NCBI RefSeq assembly: GCF_964355755.1
Contig: NC_092679.1
Span: 6,416,201 to 6,480,200 of the forward strand
Length of the DNA stretch: 64,000 bases
Source: Antedon mediterranea
Lineage: Eukaryota > Animalia > Echinodermata
Reading direction: 5' to 3'
Part shown: in pieces, positions 1 through 11,390 of the stretch
How positions within the stretch are numbered: the first letter of the stretch is position 1
Layout: each line of letters starts with the position of its first letter
Notes under the pieces: generated by a model
Databases searched by the model: none
What the model was told of the DNA's origin: nothing
What the model saw: only the letters and a program-made list of their open reading frames with translations
Position numbers and translations under genes: made by a program

Positions 1-650
1 AGGGAGACGGGCATTAGTGCTGTACTCTCGTATTATGTATGGTACCTGGGGGAGACTCAGTAGGTGGGTGGGGAGTCAGATGGGTGGGGAAGGAGACGGG
101 CATTTGTGCTGTACTCTCGTATTATGTATGGTAGCTGGAGGAGACTCAGTGGGTGGGTGGGGAGGGAGATGGGCATTAGTGCTGTACTCTCGTATTATGT
201 ATGGTACCTGGGGAGACTCAGTGGGTGGGTGGGGAGTCAGATGGGTGGGGAGGGAGACGGGAATTTGTGCTGTACTCTCGTATTATGTATGGTAGCTGGA
301 GGAGACTCAGTGGGTGGGTGGGGAGGGAGACGGGCATTAGTGCTGTACTCTCGTATTATGTATGGTACCTGGGAGAGACTCGGTAGGTGGGTGGGGAGTC
401 AGATGGGTGGGGAGGGAGACGGGCATTTGTGCTGTACTCTCGTATTATGTATGGTAGCTGGAGGAGACTCAGTGGGTGGGTGAGGAGGGAGACGGGCATT
501 AGTGCTGTACTCTCGTATTATGTATGGTACCTGGGGAGACTCAGTGGGTGGGGACTCAGTGGGTGGGGAGGGAGACGGGTATTTGTGTTGTACTCTCGTA
601 TTATGTGTGGTACATGGGGGTGACTCAGTGGGTGGGGAGGGAGACGGGCA
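1..650. repeat. G-rich tandem minisatellite with alternating ~88-89 bp and 73 bp subunits (~161-162 bp higher-order unit), runs off the window start
   Basis: Core TGCTGTACTCTCGTATTATGTATGGTA recurs at 18, 107, 180, 268, 341, 430, 503 and 586 (last copy degenerate). Spacings are 89/73/88/73/89/73/83. Many GGGTGGG tracts. Confidence 0.95.
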
Positions 651-1031
651 TTTGAAGGTGCACCACGGGGGGATAAATATGTAATGATTAATTAATTACA
701 CACTTCAATATTTAGATATAATGCTTTATAAAACCTTTTTAATACCTTCTTACAGTCTCGTAAGGAATTAATACGCAAAATAACTGCTGAACGTTGCTTT
801 CTCCCTCCCCTCGCCAAACTCGAGCATGCAAAGTTTAATCATTATTTCCCATAAAATGAATATTAGTAATCACTTTAATCGTTATCCAAACTGTATTTGT
901 TTACAATTAATTCAATACAGCTCCATCCGACAATTTTAACCGTTATTAATGAAGTGATCTCTGGCCATTTCATTGGAATCTTGGTGGTTGTGTCAAATGT
1001 ATAGATAATACATACGATTTTTTTTAAACAG

Positions 1032-2990
1032 GCTGTATCTGTTTCTTGGCTTGACATAATGACGTCAACTGCTGTGTGGTCATTAATTATTGCTTATACA
1101 GCATATGTTATAAGTTTTACTTTTATCCTCACTGAAGCACCCGTTTTCTTTTCTTCAATATTAAAAACGGATACAACATCTGTAAGTAAAGCCAGTGTAT
1201 AGTATAATCCATTCAAGTATATAAAGCTCTGTCTACACTATCAAACTAGTTGTTTGATATGACATCACCATGTTCATTATGTCCACATCGAATTGTGTTG
1301 TCACATAAAGTTTGATAGTGACAGAGCTTAAGTTTAGTCTTGCGCATGAATGGCTGATGTGTGTTAAGTTTCATGGACACATACAGAAGGTTCGCTCGAA
1401 ATAGGAGTGTTTCGAAAACTCAAACAATTTTACTAAATTTAACTTAAAATACGCGTAGACAGCAACAAATGAACAGACTTCATTTGGTGGCGATTTCATT
1501 TTAGTTATTTTGTGATCGAGTACTACCAACAGCAATTCCATAACTTCTCGTTTCAAACTGCAATTAAAATGTAGGTCTACCGCTTTAAGCCTTATTGTTA
1601 TTTTTATTTCTGTGTTTTATGTTTTGTTTGCTTTTGTCGGTTTTGTTTTGGCGTCCCTGACACAAGCTTTTGCTTTTTTGGTGACGCCACCATTTTGAAA
1701 GTAAAGGTTAATTTTGAATTGAATTGAACAACAAAAATAACCGAATTGCACACGCTACGCCTATAATAATTTGCATACGTAAAAAATGTTCAACCATTTA
1801 AGAAAGAAATAATACAACAATGCACATTTACAATGAACATATAGTGTTTTCAATATAAAATTTATTGACAAAAAGAGAAATCGACGTTTTTCGGTACCAT
1901 CATAGAACCATTTTCAAGATCAATTGAATTGAAATTATATAGTAAACGCCTTTTAATTCGAACATATAGGCCTAGTACATTAAACATATAATTTCTGACG
2001 AATAATCTTATATTACATGTGTGTGTTTGTTTTCTTTATAGATCGGTCTTATAACTTCAGTTCCAGCTATTTTAGAATGTTTTGTTATTATTCTGTGTGG
2101 AATATGTGCGGACGTCATTATTAAACGCAAATACATGACTGTTATGCATACTAGGAAGCTGTTTATTATATTAAGTAAGATACATTTCTTTCTGCCAATC
2201 GCCATCAGTGTATATTAGGCACATTTTGTTCTGGGACAAATTGTCGTATAAAATATAATACTAATAATACATATTTTTACCATACTGTCTCTGATAATAA
2301 TCGAAATATACATAACTTAAAGACGAAAAGGTTCCACAGAAATATTATTGTTCCCTATCACCGTGTTAATGGCCTAAAATAATCAGTATCACATTCTTTT
2401 TTTTTTTCAGTGCTTGGAATACCTTCCTTGTGCATGGCTTGTATTGGTTTCTTTAAATACAGTCCAGTAGTTTCAGTAATTCTTCTTACATTGTCGTTTG
2501 GTTGTCTTGGGTGTTATACGTCAAGCGTCATGCCAAACGTAATGGAGGTATCAAAAGAAGGAGCTGGAAAGATTGTAGGCATAATGACGTGTATATCGCA
2601 TGCTGTATTTAATATTATTATGCTTATTCTTCAGATGTTGATTAATAATGGCGTAAGTATCTAGTAGGCCTGCAGGTCAAATTCTTCGAATGCGTCACAA
2701 GAGAACCCATGTGCCTTAGAAATAGACGATAGGCCAAAAAGCAGACAATCGAAATATCTATTTTTAGTTAATCACATTCCTGTGATCCTACGTGGTTTTT
2801 AAATTTATATCTCTTTATTTTATTGCAGAATACAGCAAGTCAATGGTCTTTGATGTTTAGAATAATTGCCGCAATCAATCTATTTGGAATGATTTTCTTT
2901 CTAATATTTGCAAAAGCAGAACAACTAACGAAATCAGATGGAAATATTACAAAGCAAGAAATGAAATCTTATAAGACTATAAAAGATTGA
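1032..2990 (+). CDS. Sialin/SLC17-like MFS anion transporter, paralog A (last 4 coding exons; 5' part lies upstream of the window)
   Basis: GT-AG exons 1032-1181 (AVSVSWLDIMTSTAVWSLII...LTEAPVFF), 2042-2174 (IGLITSVP...GICADVII...TRKLF), 2411-2652 and 2829-2990 (NTASQWSLMFRIIAAINLFGMIFFLIFAKAE...TGA). Phases are consistent and there are no stops. Colinear with exons 6-9 of copy C. Confidence 0.88.
1225..1328. mobile_element. PIF/Harbinger (Tourist-like) MITE, family with TIR AGCTCTGTCTACACTATCAAACT
   Basis: Inverted termini flanked by TAA/TAA. Other copies or fragments at ~14148-14310, ~18340-18450, 27818-27979, ~28560-28620, ~30029-30364, ~36130-36254, ~44012-44122, ~49820-49951, 50810-50967, 55070-55216 and 58859-58989. 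Confidence 0.85.
1430..1728 (+). mobile_element. Old 3' fragment of an L2/Crack-type LINE
   Basis: Decayed frame ending ...RFKLQLKC, then a T-rich UTR. Stem-loop TGGCGTC...CAAGCTTTTGCTT...GACGCCA (1649-1689) resembles the one at 8219-8256. (TTGAA)n-like tail. Confidence 0.5.
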
Positions 2991-3344
2991 AACTACTGAG
3001 TTAGGCCATAATTACATAAGTTGTCAATTGAAGGAAACAACTTAATTTCCAAACGTACTCATGTCGTAATACATCGACAATTTTATATTTGGTTGGGTAA
3101 CTAAAAAAAAAATAGATGCTGAAGATGCGTATTAAGTAAGATAGTTACGTCATCAATTGTTTAGGGCATCTTGATCTAAAGTAGTTTTCTTTAATTTTGA
3201 GACGGATATGTGCAACCTTCAGAGTATCAGGAAAACATCCACTCATAATGGTGTTATTTACAATTCGAGTTATATTATGAAGATTCCAGGACTAGCTTTT
3301 ATAAAAAGCTGTGGGTATAGGGTCAGGTGCACAAGTTTTAGAAG

Positions 3345-3710
3345 ATGAGCCTTTTAATAATGATATACGAAGATGCAACAAAAAAGATTAAGGAATTACT
3401 AAATAAAACACTCAACCTAAACGACATCGTCATTGAAACGGCTCATCGCACAGGAAAACCATCAACAATAAGTGGTAAGCCAAGACATATCATTGTTAAA
3501 TTTATATATCGACCACAGAGATTTGAAGTACTCAGAAGAGCTAAGTCGATAATGAAAAATTCCGAGATGTTTGTACTAGAAGATATGCCAGTAGCAGATA
3601 TTATCAAAAAGCGAGGCCTGCGAGAAGTTATGAAGAAAGCGTATGAAGAAGGTAAAAAGACTGTCTTCAGAAATGGCAACCTTTACATTAACGGTAAAAT
3701 GTATACATAA
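3345..3710 (+). CDS. LINE ORF1 C-terminal part (L1 ORF1/Transposase_22-like RRM + CTD)
   Basis: IETAHRTGK...PRHIIVKF...VLEDMP...FRNGNLYINGKMY matches this ORF1 type. The N-terminus is missing. Confidence 0.8.
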   Translation: MSLLIMIYEDATKKIKELLNKTLNLNDIVIETAHRTGKPSTISGKPRHIIVKFIYRPQRFEVLRRAKSIMKNSEMFVLEDMPVADIIKKRGLREVMKKAYEEGKKTVFRNGNLYINGKMYT

Positions 3711-4384
3711 CTTTTTATTTTCGTTCGTTTGTTTTTAATTGAATTCAATTTGTGACTATATCCTGCCTGCATTAAACCATATGCAGAAAATGGGTACCAC
3801 TTATTGTATCCACTAGGAGAATTCAAACTGTACGGAATTGAAACATCAACACGATCGCGATTATGTGTTTACATAACCTAAACATTAACAGGTGAAAGAA
3901 TTGGCACACTGACTTAAATACCATGTTACGTAATCTGTTGCTGTGTTGCGTGTCACATACTTTGCCTATTGTTTTTGAATCAAGTAGTGAAAAACTCAAT
4001 TGCTTAACACAATACACGATTCCCTATTGCTTTCATTCACACACTATTAAGTATTATGACTTGGATTAAGAATGGGATAAAATTGGAACGATGTGGGTGG
4101 GTGGGGAGGGGTTGGGGGATGGTGGGTCTTTGGGGATGGTGGAGTTGAGGGTGGGTGAAAATAGGATTAGTGCTGTAATTAAGATTTATCACTGTGTTTA
4201 CACATTTCGCACTCAATTGTTTTACTTAGCGAAATATATGTATACTAATAATATGACGGAGCAACCACATTGTTCGGTTGACCTGATTATAGATAAATTA
4301 GTTATCTTAATTATACTGTTTTTTGTTGTTGTTTTTTTTAAATCTTTTCTCTGACCATTCTTTTTTAAACTTAAAAATTGCATT

Positions 4385-7300
4385 ATGATATTTAACTTAA
4401 ATGACATTAACCCTAATGATGATATCAATATTGAAGAAACTAAATATTACCAGATAAACGATTTTAATTTAAGTTTTAAGAACTCGATACATGCCAATCA
4501 CTTCTCCATTCTAAGCCTGAACTGCCGTAGCATGGTCAACAAATTCGATGATATTTTGAATCTGATTAATTCAATAAATCACTCCTTTTCAATTATTGCC
4601 CTAGAAGAAACATGGATTTCTCCAAATTCTACAACATCACTGTACGAAATACCAAAATATACATTTATTCATAAAGATAGGATAGGACGAAGAGGAGGAG
4701 GAGTTGCTCTCTATCTATCAGAAACCCTTAGTTACGAGATGCGAAATGACCTCGCTTCAATACTGACCGAAGGAGAATCTATATTTATTGATGTTAAAAT
4801 AGAAAATAAAACAATATCTTGCGGAGTAATATATAGGCCCCCTGATACAAATGTACAAACTTTCAACAATCGGTTGTCAATAGTCATGCAGATGATTAAC
4901 AAAGAAAATAAGCTAGCATACATTACTGGTGATATGAACTTAGACATTAGCCAACACATGAGAGACAAAAACATCGAATCCCACCTTGACAATATCCAGT
5001 CCCAGTCCTTCACTTTTCTTATTAATAAGCCCACAAGAATAACAGAAAACTCTGCTTCCATAATAGATAATATTCTCTACAATTCCCATCTAACAAATAA
5101 CATAAACACTGGTATCATATATTCGGATATATCCGACCACCTTCCAATATTCTGCATAAACACATCCGAAACTCACCATTATCATAACAACGTATACTGT
5201 TATAAACGCGAAAACAAACAGTACAACATTGATCATTTTAAGCATGAACTTGCAAATCAACAGTGGCAGGATGTCCTAGAATCAAATGACGCAAACAAAG
5301 CATATCAACATTTTTCCACAACTCTGCAATCATTAGTTAATATATGCTTTCCAATAAAAAAGATAAAACTCAAAGCTAATAAACTTCAATCTCCTTGGAT
5401 AACGGAATCAATTGCTAAGTCAATTGTTACTAGAAACAAATTATATAGCAAATACAAACGTAGACCGACAAACATAAATAAATCTAAATATACAAACTAT
5501 AGAAACGTACTTACCAATATTATTAGAAAACGAAAAAAGGAATACTATTTTAATAAATTTGAAAAAAATAAAAATAATATGAAAGAAACGTGGAATGCCA
5601 TTAATCAACTTTTAGGTAGGAAGAAAAAATCCAAACTGCCATCAAACCTAAAACATGTGACAGAGACATACACTAACCCAGAAACAAAATCCGATGCATT
5701 AAATTCTTACTTTATTAATATTGGGAAACAATTAGCTGACAAAATTAACCATGATAACAACCCTGCCATTGATCCAACGTCATATTTGACTGGTAACTAC
5801 CTTAATTCTATGTATTTCAGACCCACAACAGAATACGAAATAATGACATACATTAATAAATTAGAAACAGATAAAACACCAGGTCACGATGATATCAGTG
5901 CTCACTATATCAATTACAATTCCGTCTACCTTACAAAACCTATTTCACACTTAATAAACGTTTCACTCGCCACTGGCCGATTCCCTGATGAACTAAAATG
6001 TGCCAAAACTATACCTGTTTTTAAAAGTGGCGATAGGCAAAACCTTAATAATTATCGACCCATATCAATCTTACCATGTCTTTCTAAAATATATGAAAGA
6101 GTTGTCTACGACCAAACCATTTCATACCTTAATAAATACAACATAATAAATCAATCTCAATATGGATTCCGACAAAAACATTCAACTGCACATGCTCTAC
6201 TACACACGCTAGAAAAAATAACATCAGCAATTGATAACAACTCATTCATTATAGGTGTTTTCCTAGATCTGTCGAAAGCTTTCGATACGATCGATCATAG
6301 AATTCTAATCAATAAAATGGAATGCTATGGCATACGTGGTATTGTGTTAGACTGGTTCAGGAGTTACCTAAACCACAGAACTCAGTATGTTACTATTGAA
6401 TCACACAAATCAATAAAAAGAGTAGTAAAAGTTGGTGTTCCACAGGAATCTATCATTGGCCCATTGCTATTTTTGTTATTTATAAATGACATATTTTGTG
6501 TAAGCAAAGTTGTCGAACTTATCATATTCGCGGACGATACAAACATATTCCTCAAACATAATGACCCCATAGTTGCATGTAATATACTAAACTGCGAATT
6601 ACAACGACTAACCACTTGGTTTAGAGCTAACAAACTCTCAATTAATACAAATAAAACTAAATATATAATCTTTAGAGGGCGCCAGAATTTAACCGACTTC
6701 ACAGACATGCAACTATACGTAAATAACACCACACTCGAAGAGGTAACCCATATCAAATTCTTAGGAGTTACCTTAGACAAATTTTTGTCCTTCTGTACCC
6801 ATATTGATGGCATTGCAAACAAAGTTTCAAAGATAATAGGAATTCTGAATAAATTAAAGTATTTTTTACCATATATGACTCTATTGCAAATTTATAAATC
6901 TATAATCCTTCCCCATATAACTTATGCGATAGTAGTATGGGGCTCCTTCAGACCAAGTAAATTAAACCGACTTCACATCCTCCAGAAAAAAGCACTACGA
7001 ATTATATGCAAAGTCCACTATCAACATCCTTCCCAACCGCTATTTATACAAACCAACACATTAAATATATTCGATCTTTATGAAAAACATATGGCAATAC
7101 TACTATTCCAATTTCATAATAAACAGCTCCCAATTACGTTTGACACTTACTTTCAAACAATTGAATCAACACATAATTATGATACCAGGAATAAAAAAAA
7201 CTATACCACTGTACTAAAAAGAACCAAAATAGGACAACAGAGTATATGCTATAGGGGTGCCAAGACATGGAATAGCCTTGAAAACTCAGTAAGAGAAATC

Positions 7301-7390
7301 AAGAGTATAGGACTATTTAAACAAGAAATATTTTTTACAAAAAACGCTGCTCGCTTATTGAAAAATATTTTTTATTTCAAATATTTTTGA
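4385..7390 (+). CDS. LINE ORF2: APE endonuclease + reverse transcriptase (~1000 aa); native C-terminus displaced by an insertion
   Basis: EN motifs NCRS, EETW, GGGVALY, IYRPP, GDMN, IDNIL, SDHLP. RT motifs NYRPIS, QYGFR, FLDLSKAFD, PQESIIGP, FADD, KFLG. Confidence 0.95.
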   Translation: MIFNLNDINPNDDINIEETKYYQINDFNLSFKNSIHANHFSILSLNCRSMVNKFDDILNLINSINHSFSIIALEETWISPNSTTSLYEIPKYTFIHKDRIGRRGGGVALYLSETLSYEMRNDLASILTEGESIFIDVKIENKTISCGVIYRPPDTNVQTFNNRLSIVMQMINKENKLAYITGDMNLDISQHMRDKNIESHLDNIQSQSFTFLINKPTRITENSASIIDNILYNSHLTNNINTGIIYSDISDHLPIFCINTSETHHYHNNVYCYKRENKQYNIDHFKHELANQQWQDVLESNDANKAYQHFSTTLQSLVNICFPIKKIKLKANKLQSPWITESIAKSIVTRNKLYSKYKRRPTNINKSKYTNYRNVLTNIIRKRKKEYYFNKFEKNKNNMKETWNAINQLLGRKKKSKLPSNLKHVTETYTNPETKSDALNSYFINIGKQLADKINHDNNPAIDPTSYLTGNYLNSMYFRPTTEYEIMTYINKLETDKTPGHDDISAHYINYNSVYLTKPISHLINVSLATGRFPDELKCAKTIPVFKSGDRQNLNNYRPISILPCLSKIYERVVYDQTISYLNKYNIINQSQYGFRQKHSTAHALLHTLEKITSAIDNNSFIIGVFLDLSKAFDTIDHRILINKMECYGIRGIVLDWFRSYLNHRTQYVTIESHKSIKRVVKVGVPQESIIGPLLFLLFINDIFCVSKVVELIIFADDTNIFLKHNDPIVACNILNCELQRLTTWFRANKLSINTNKTKYIIFRGRQNLTDFTDMQLYVNNTTLEEVTHIKFLGVTLDKFLSFCTHIDGIANKVSKIIGILNKLKYFLPYMTLLQIYKSIILPHITYAIVVWGSFRPSKLNRLHILQKKALRIICKVHYQHPSQPLFIQTNTLNIFDLYEKHMAILLFQFHNKQLPITFDTYFQTIESTHNYDTRNKKNYTTVLKRTKIGQQSICYRGAKTWNSLENSVREIKSIGLFKQEIFFTKNAARLLKNIFYFKYF

Positions 7391-7921
7391 ATGTGTCATT
7401 TTATTGTCACATAATAGTTATTTTACCTGAAAAAATGTAATTTAAAGCAACAAATACTTAAATTGTCTGTCAGACAATGGGTTTTGGGTTTCTTTTCTTT
7501 TTTTATATGTGAATAAATATTACTTTTTTGTTACAGAAGTGAATACTCAATTTCTGTCACTTTAGTCAATTTTATTGCTAAGGTCAAATCTGGGGGTCAC
7601 TTCATCACCCTAGATATTTCAATTGTGAAGTATCCTATTACAAACATGTAATGGACTGTTTCGATAATAATTCAATGAATATCTGACAGTGAATATACCA
7701 GAAATGCTTAGGGATTTGTAATTTTAGCATGACATGTCCTAATAGACTCTTTCCCAGACGTTTTTTTTGGGTCTACTGTAGCAGCTGGAATCAATAAATC
7801 ATAGTGGAGTTTCCATTTTCACAAAACTGTCTGTCCTTAGAACTATAACTGCTGCTTGCTTTAGCTTCTGATTGAGTAGTCCTAATGGGACGTAGCGGGC
7901 TAGAGCAGCAGCGTGAAAAAC
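7330..7921. mobile_element. 592-bp insertion of unknown class in the last codons of LINE ORF2, 3-bp TSD AAT
   Basis: AAT at 7327-7329 and 7922-7924. Removing the insert restores ...KSIGLFKQEIHTNLLKKYSNT* (stop 7959-7961). Confidence 0.75.
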
Positions 7922-8713
7922 AATTCATACTAATCTCCTCAAAAAATATTCTAATACCTAAAATCACAACGTATTATGAACAAAATATTTTTCATTATCG
8001 ATTTCTTTTTTTTTTTTTTTTATGAATGATCTATTCTGGTCATATTTTTGAAATTGTTATTATATGTATATTAATATATATATATATTTTTTTATTCAAC
8101 TGTCATTTATGATTATTGCTTATTGTCTCTATTGTTTACATATACATTTACTAATTGTTATTGTTTTTATTGTAATTTATTTATTTTTTTATTTTTTCCA
8201 ATTTTTAATTGTTACATAGGACATCACATTTTAAAGCTTTGCTTATAGTGATGCCCGATTCAATCAATCAATATATAACTTTTGCTTAAAACCATGTTCA
8301 ACTGTAGGCCGTTGCCAATATACAGTAATCTCCCTAAACAATGCTACTTTTAATACTTACAATATTATATGTTTTCATCTTTTCCATTGATTGTAAACCT
8401 CTAACTAAACTTTCCAGTATTTTATTATTCAACTTCTGTTTCCAATAATAGTCAATATAAACAATTAATTTTTATTTTTATCATTACTGTAAATAATCAT
8501 TGTATATATTTTATAATTTATATTTATATTGGTCTTGTTTTTTTTGTTTGTAAAAATCTACTATAATATTATACCTTATTGTGGTTACCATTATAACAAA
8601 TGTACGATTGATTGAATAAAGTTCACATATAGTAAAAAAAAAATTAAAAAAAATAAAAAATATTTATTTCTTCTTCACTTGCACATTTAAGCTCCCGACA
8701 GCTTAATAGTGTT

Positions 8714-10856
8714 TTTTGTTGTTTTTTTTTTTTTTTTTATTTCTTTTCAACACATACATAATACAAAATTAATATATAAAGGCAACGTAACTATTAAAAC
8801 GATATAATACTCTCTCAAAAATAAGAGAGTAATGAAATTAAAGAAAAAAAATAATGTATCGCAAAAATACACTTTATAATAATCATTTTGTTAATAATAT
8901 GGTTGCCTTGTATTTTTGGTAAATGTGAAATAAATGATTATAATTAAGTAATTGTTTTTTGATTTTGCAACTAAATATTTACCACTTTGTAATTAAAATT
9001 AAAATGTTTGCATCACTGTGTGTTTTTCCAAAACCAAAACATATACTTTCTTTGGTGATAATTAAGTTATTGTTGATATTTCGATACATATATTGTTTTA
9101 CATTTTCCCAAATTTTCTTTACCAGATCACATTCAAAGAACATATGTAGCAGTGTTTCCTGCTTTTCCTTGCAAAAACTACACATTGGTGAATCGACCTT
9201 TGACATCTTAAAGAGCATTGTATTTGTATAAATTATACGATGAATAAATTTAAATTGAACATTTTTTAGCTTAGTGTCATTTGTACAGGCGTGTAAATTT
9301 GAGAAAAGGTTTTTCCAATCAAGTTTGTTGTCAAACTCCTTTTTCCATTTGGATTCAATTCCAATTGGCTCTTCAACATTTTTTAATATAATGTGTTTAT
9401 AGATATAATGACAATTTCTCGTTTTCACAGAAATGAATGTCTGTAATTTGGATTCAACTTCATTAGTTGTGTTTACACCTTGTTCAATTAATTTCTGTTT
9501 CCAGAGCTTTGGAATTGAATTTACAATCTGGTGATATAAGAAGAAGTCTGGTTTAAAATTATATTTTTGGTTAAATTCGTCTAGTTCTAATATTTTCCCT
9601 TCTTTGTTCACGATATCTTTTACATAGTTTACATTTTTAACCAACCAATTTTTTTTCAACTTTAAATTCTCTTTTATCAAAACATGAGTTGTTCCATAAA
9701 GATTGATTTAAGATGTCCTCTATCGTATACGGTTCTACAAAATTGTATTCACTCCACGCAGAGAGTATATCTTTATGGAACCTTTCAAATTGTTTTAATA
9801 TTTTTGAAGATTTAGAAAAGTTGGTTTCGAAAACACTATTTCCTCCAACCTCTTTAATCTTACTTTTTAAAAACACTTTCCACTTGGATTGATTTCCATC
9901 AAGATATCTTTTCACCCAACATGATTTGAGAGATGTACAGTAACTCTTAATATGGGGAATTTTTAACCCTCCTTCGTCAAAATTGTTAAGCATGACTTTT
10001 CTTTTGACTTTATCGGGTTTTCCGTTCCATATAAATTTAAATATTTTACTTTGAATATCTTGAAGGAAACAATCGGGTGGGTCTGGTAAATTTGAGAAAA
10101 CATACGTGAATATCGGGAGAAACAGTGACTTAATAATAGTTGCCTTTCCAAACAAAGTAAGTGAGCGTTGTTTCCACATATTTAATACTTGTTCAGCATT
10201 TTTAGCTTTATCTGGAAAATTGAGTCTGAAAATATCATTAAAATTACAAGAAATATTAACACCCAAGTATTTTACTGGGCCTTTGGTCCATGAAATACTT
10301 TTCTCAGATGGCGTTTTATAGTCGCAGTCTCTTAACGATCCTATTCTCATAATGTTACTTTTTTCATAATTAATTCTGAGTCCAGAATATATAGAAAATT
10401 CATCCAGTATATCTATAATCGGTTTAATTGAGTTTTGGTCTTTAAGAAAAAACACAGTGTCATCTGCAAATTGGCTAATTCTTATGTCTACATTATTGTA
10501 CTCTATACCTTTAAATGTGTCTGATTGACGTACCATGTTACCTTAGTGTTTCTGCACAAATTATAAAAAGATATGGGGATAAAGGACATCCTTGACGCAG
10601 GCCTCGTTTTAAATTGAAGAATTTTGATGTTACCCCGTTATTTATAACGCAACTAACAATGTCTTTATATAATATTTTTATCCAATTTATCATATTTTTA
10701 CCAAAGCCAAATCTCTTAAGAGACATATCAAGGAAGTCCCATTTCACCTTATCGAAAGCCTTTTCGAAATCTATAAAAAATAGTAAGTTTGGCTTGTTGT
10801 GCATTTCTGCATATTTTATTACATCATAGACTAATCTTATGTTTTCTCCAATATAT
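8714..10856 (-). mobile_element. 5'-truncated Tx1/L1-clade LINE (RT + C-terminal zinc finger), frameshifted
   Basis: Minus-strand ORF pieces 10538-10804 (IDFEKAFD, GLRQGCPLSP), 9637-10536 (SQFADD, KYLG) and 8979-9680 (CSFC...HMFFEC). Poly-T at ~8714-8740 is the poly-A tail. 15-bp TSD CAGCTTAATAGTGTT at 8699-8713 and 10857-10871. Confidence 0.95.
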
Positions 10857-11390
10857 CAGCTTAATAGTGTTAGATAGACAAATATCATGTTAATCAATCT
10901 GGTGTGCAATTTCAGAATGATTACTGGGTGACAGTGAATCTCTAATAAATTACAATTTTACTTTTGAAAAATTTCATTTGTGGTTAAAGAAGGTAGGAAC
11001 AAACGACTAAAGGAGATGGCGTCCCATGTTGTCTTACTATCGATGAAAGAGATGGCACCCAGTTCTCTACAAACTAATGGAAGAGATGTCACCCGAGATG
11101 GCATCCAGTAAATCGAGCAATAAATAACAAAAGACAACATTAATCTTTGGTTAACGTGTGTCGTGTTTAATCTCCTATTTTCGCTTAATTGTCCATTAGC
11201 TCTTACTTTTATTTCTGACTAGATCTAGTATTGTCAGTTGATTTTGTGCAAGGTTCGTTACACTTTTTAAATTGAACCCCCGAGGTCAGGTCAATTGTTT
11301 AAATAAAGAATAGAATGTATTGTAATACAACCATACAAACGAAGAGTTGAATAGAAGATTAGTAATGAATACGAATACCAAGTTATTTGT

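Larger units (their letters stand above)
3345..8660 (+). mobile_element. CR1/L2-group LINE retrotransposon, 5'-truncated within ORF1
   Basis: Partial ORF1, ~670-bp spacer, APE-RT ORF2, 3' UTR stem-loop (8219-8256), AATAAA at ~8615 and A-rich tail at 8634-8660. No clear TSD. Confidence 0.92.

Noticed and set aside
17-684. Several overlapping Gly/Trp-rich ORFs, and a CRISPR-like repeat/spacer look
   Set aside because: The ORFs are translations of the minisatellite. The 'spacers' are themselves repeated, there are no cas genes and the context is eukaryotic.
4732-6822. Minus-strand ORFs 4732-5061 and 6382-6822
   Set aside because: Antisense shadows of LINE ORF2 with no recognisable motifs.
10958-11140. 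Short region with repeated GAGATGGC motifs as a candidate exon 1 of paralog B
   Set aside because: No similarity to paralog C exon 1 in any frame and no convincing splice sites.
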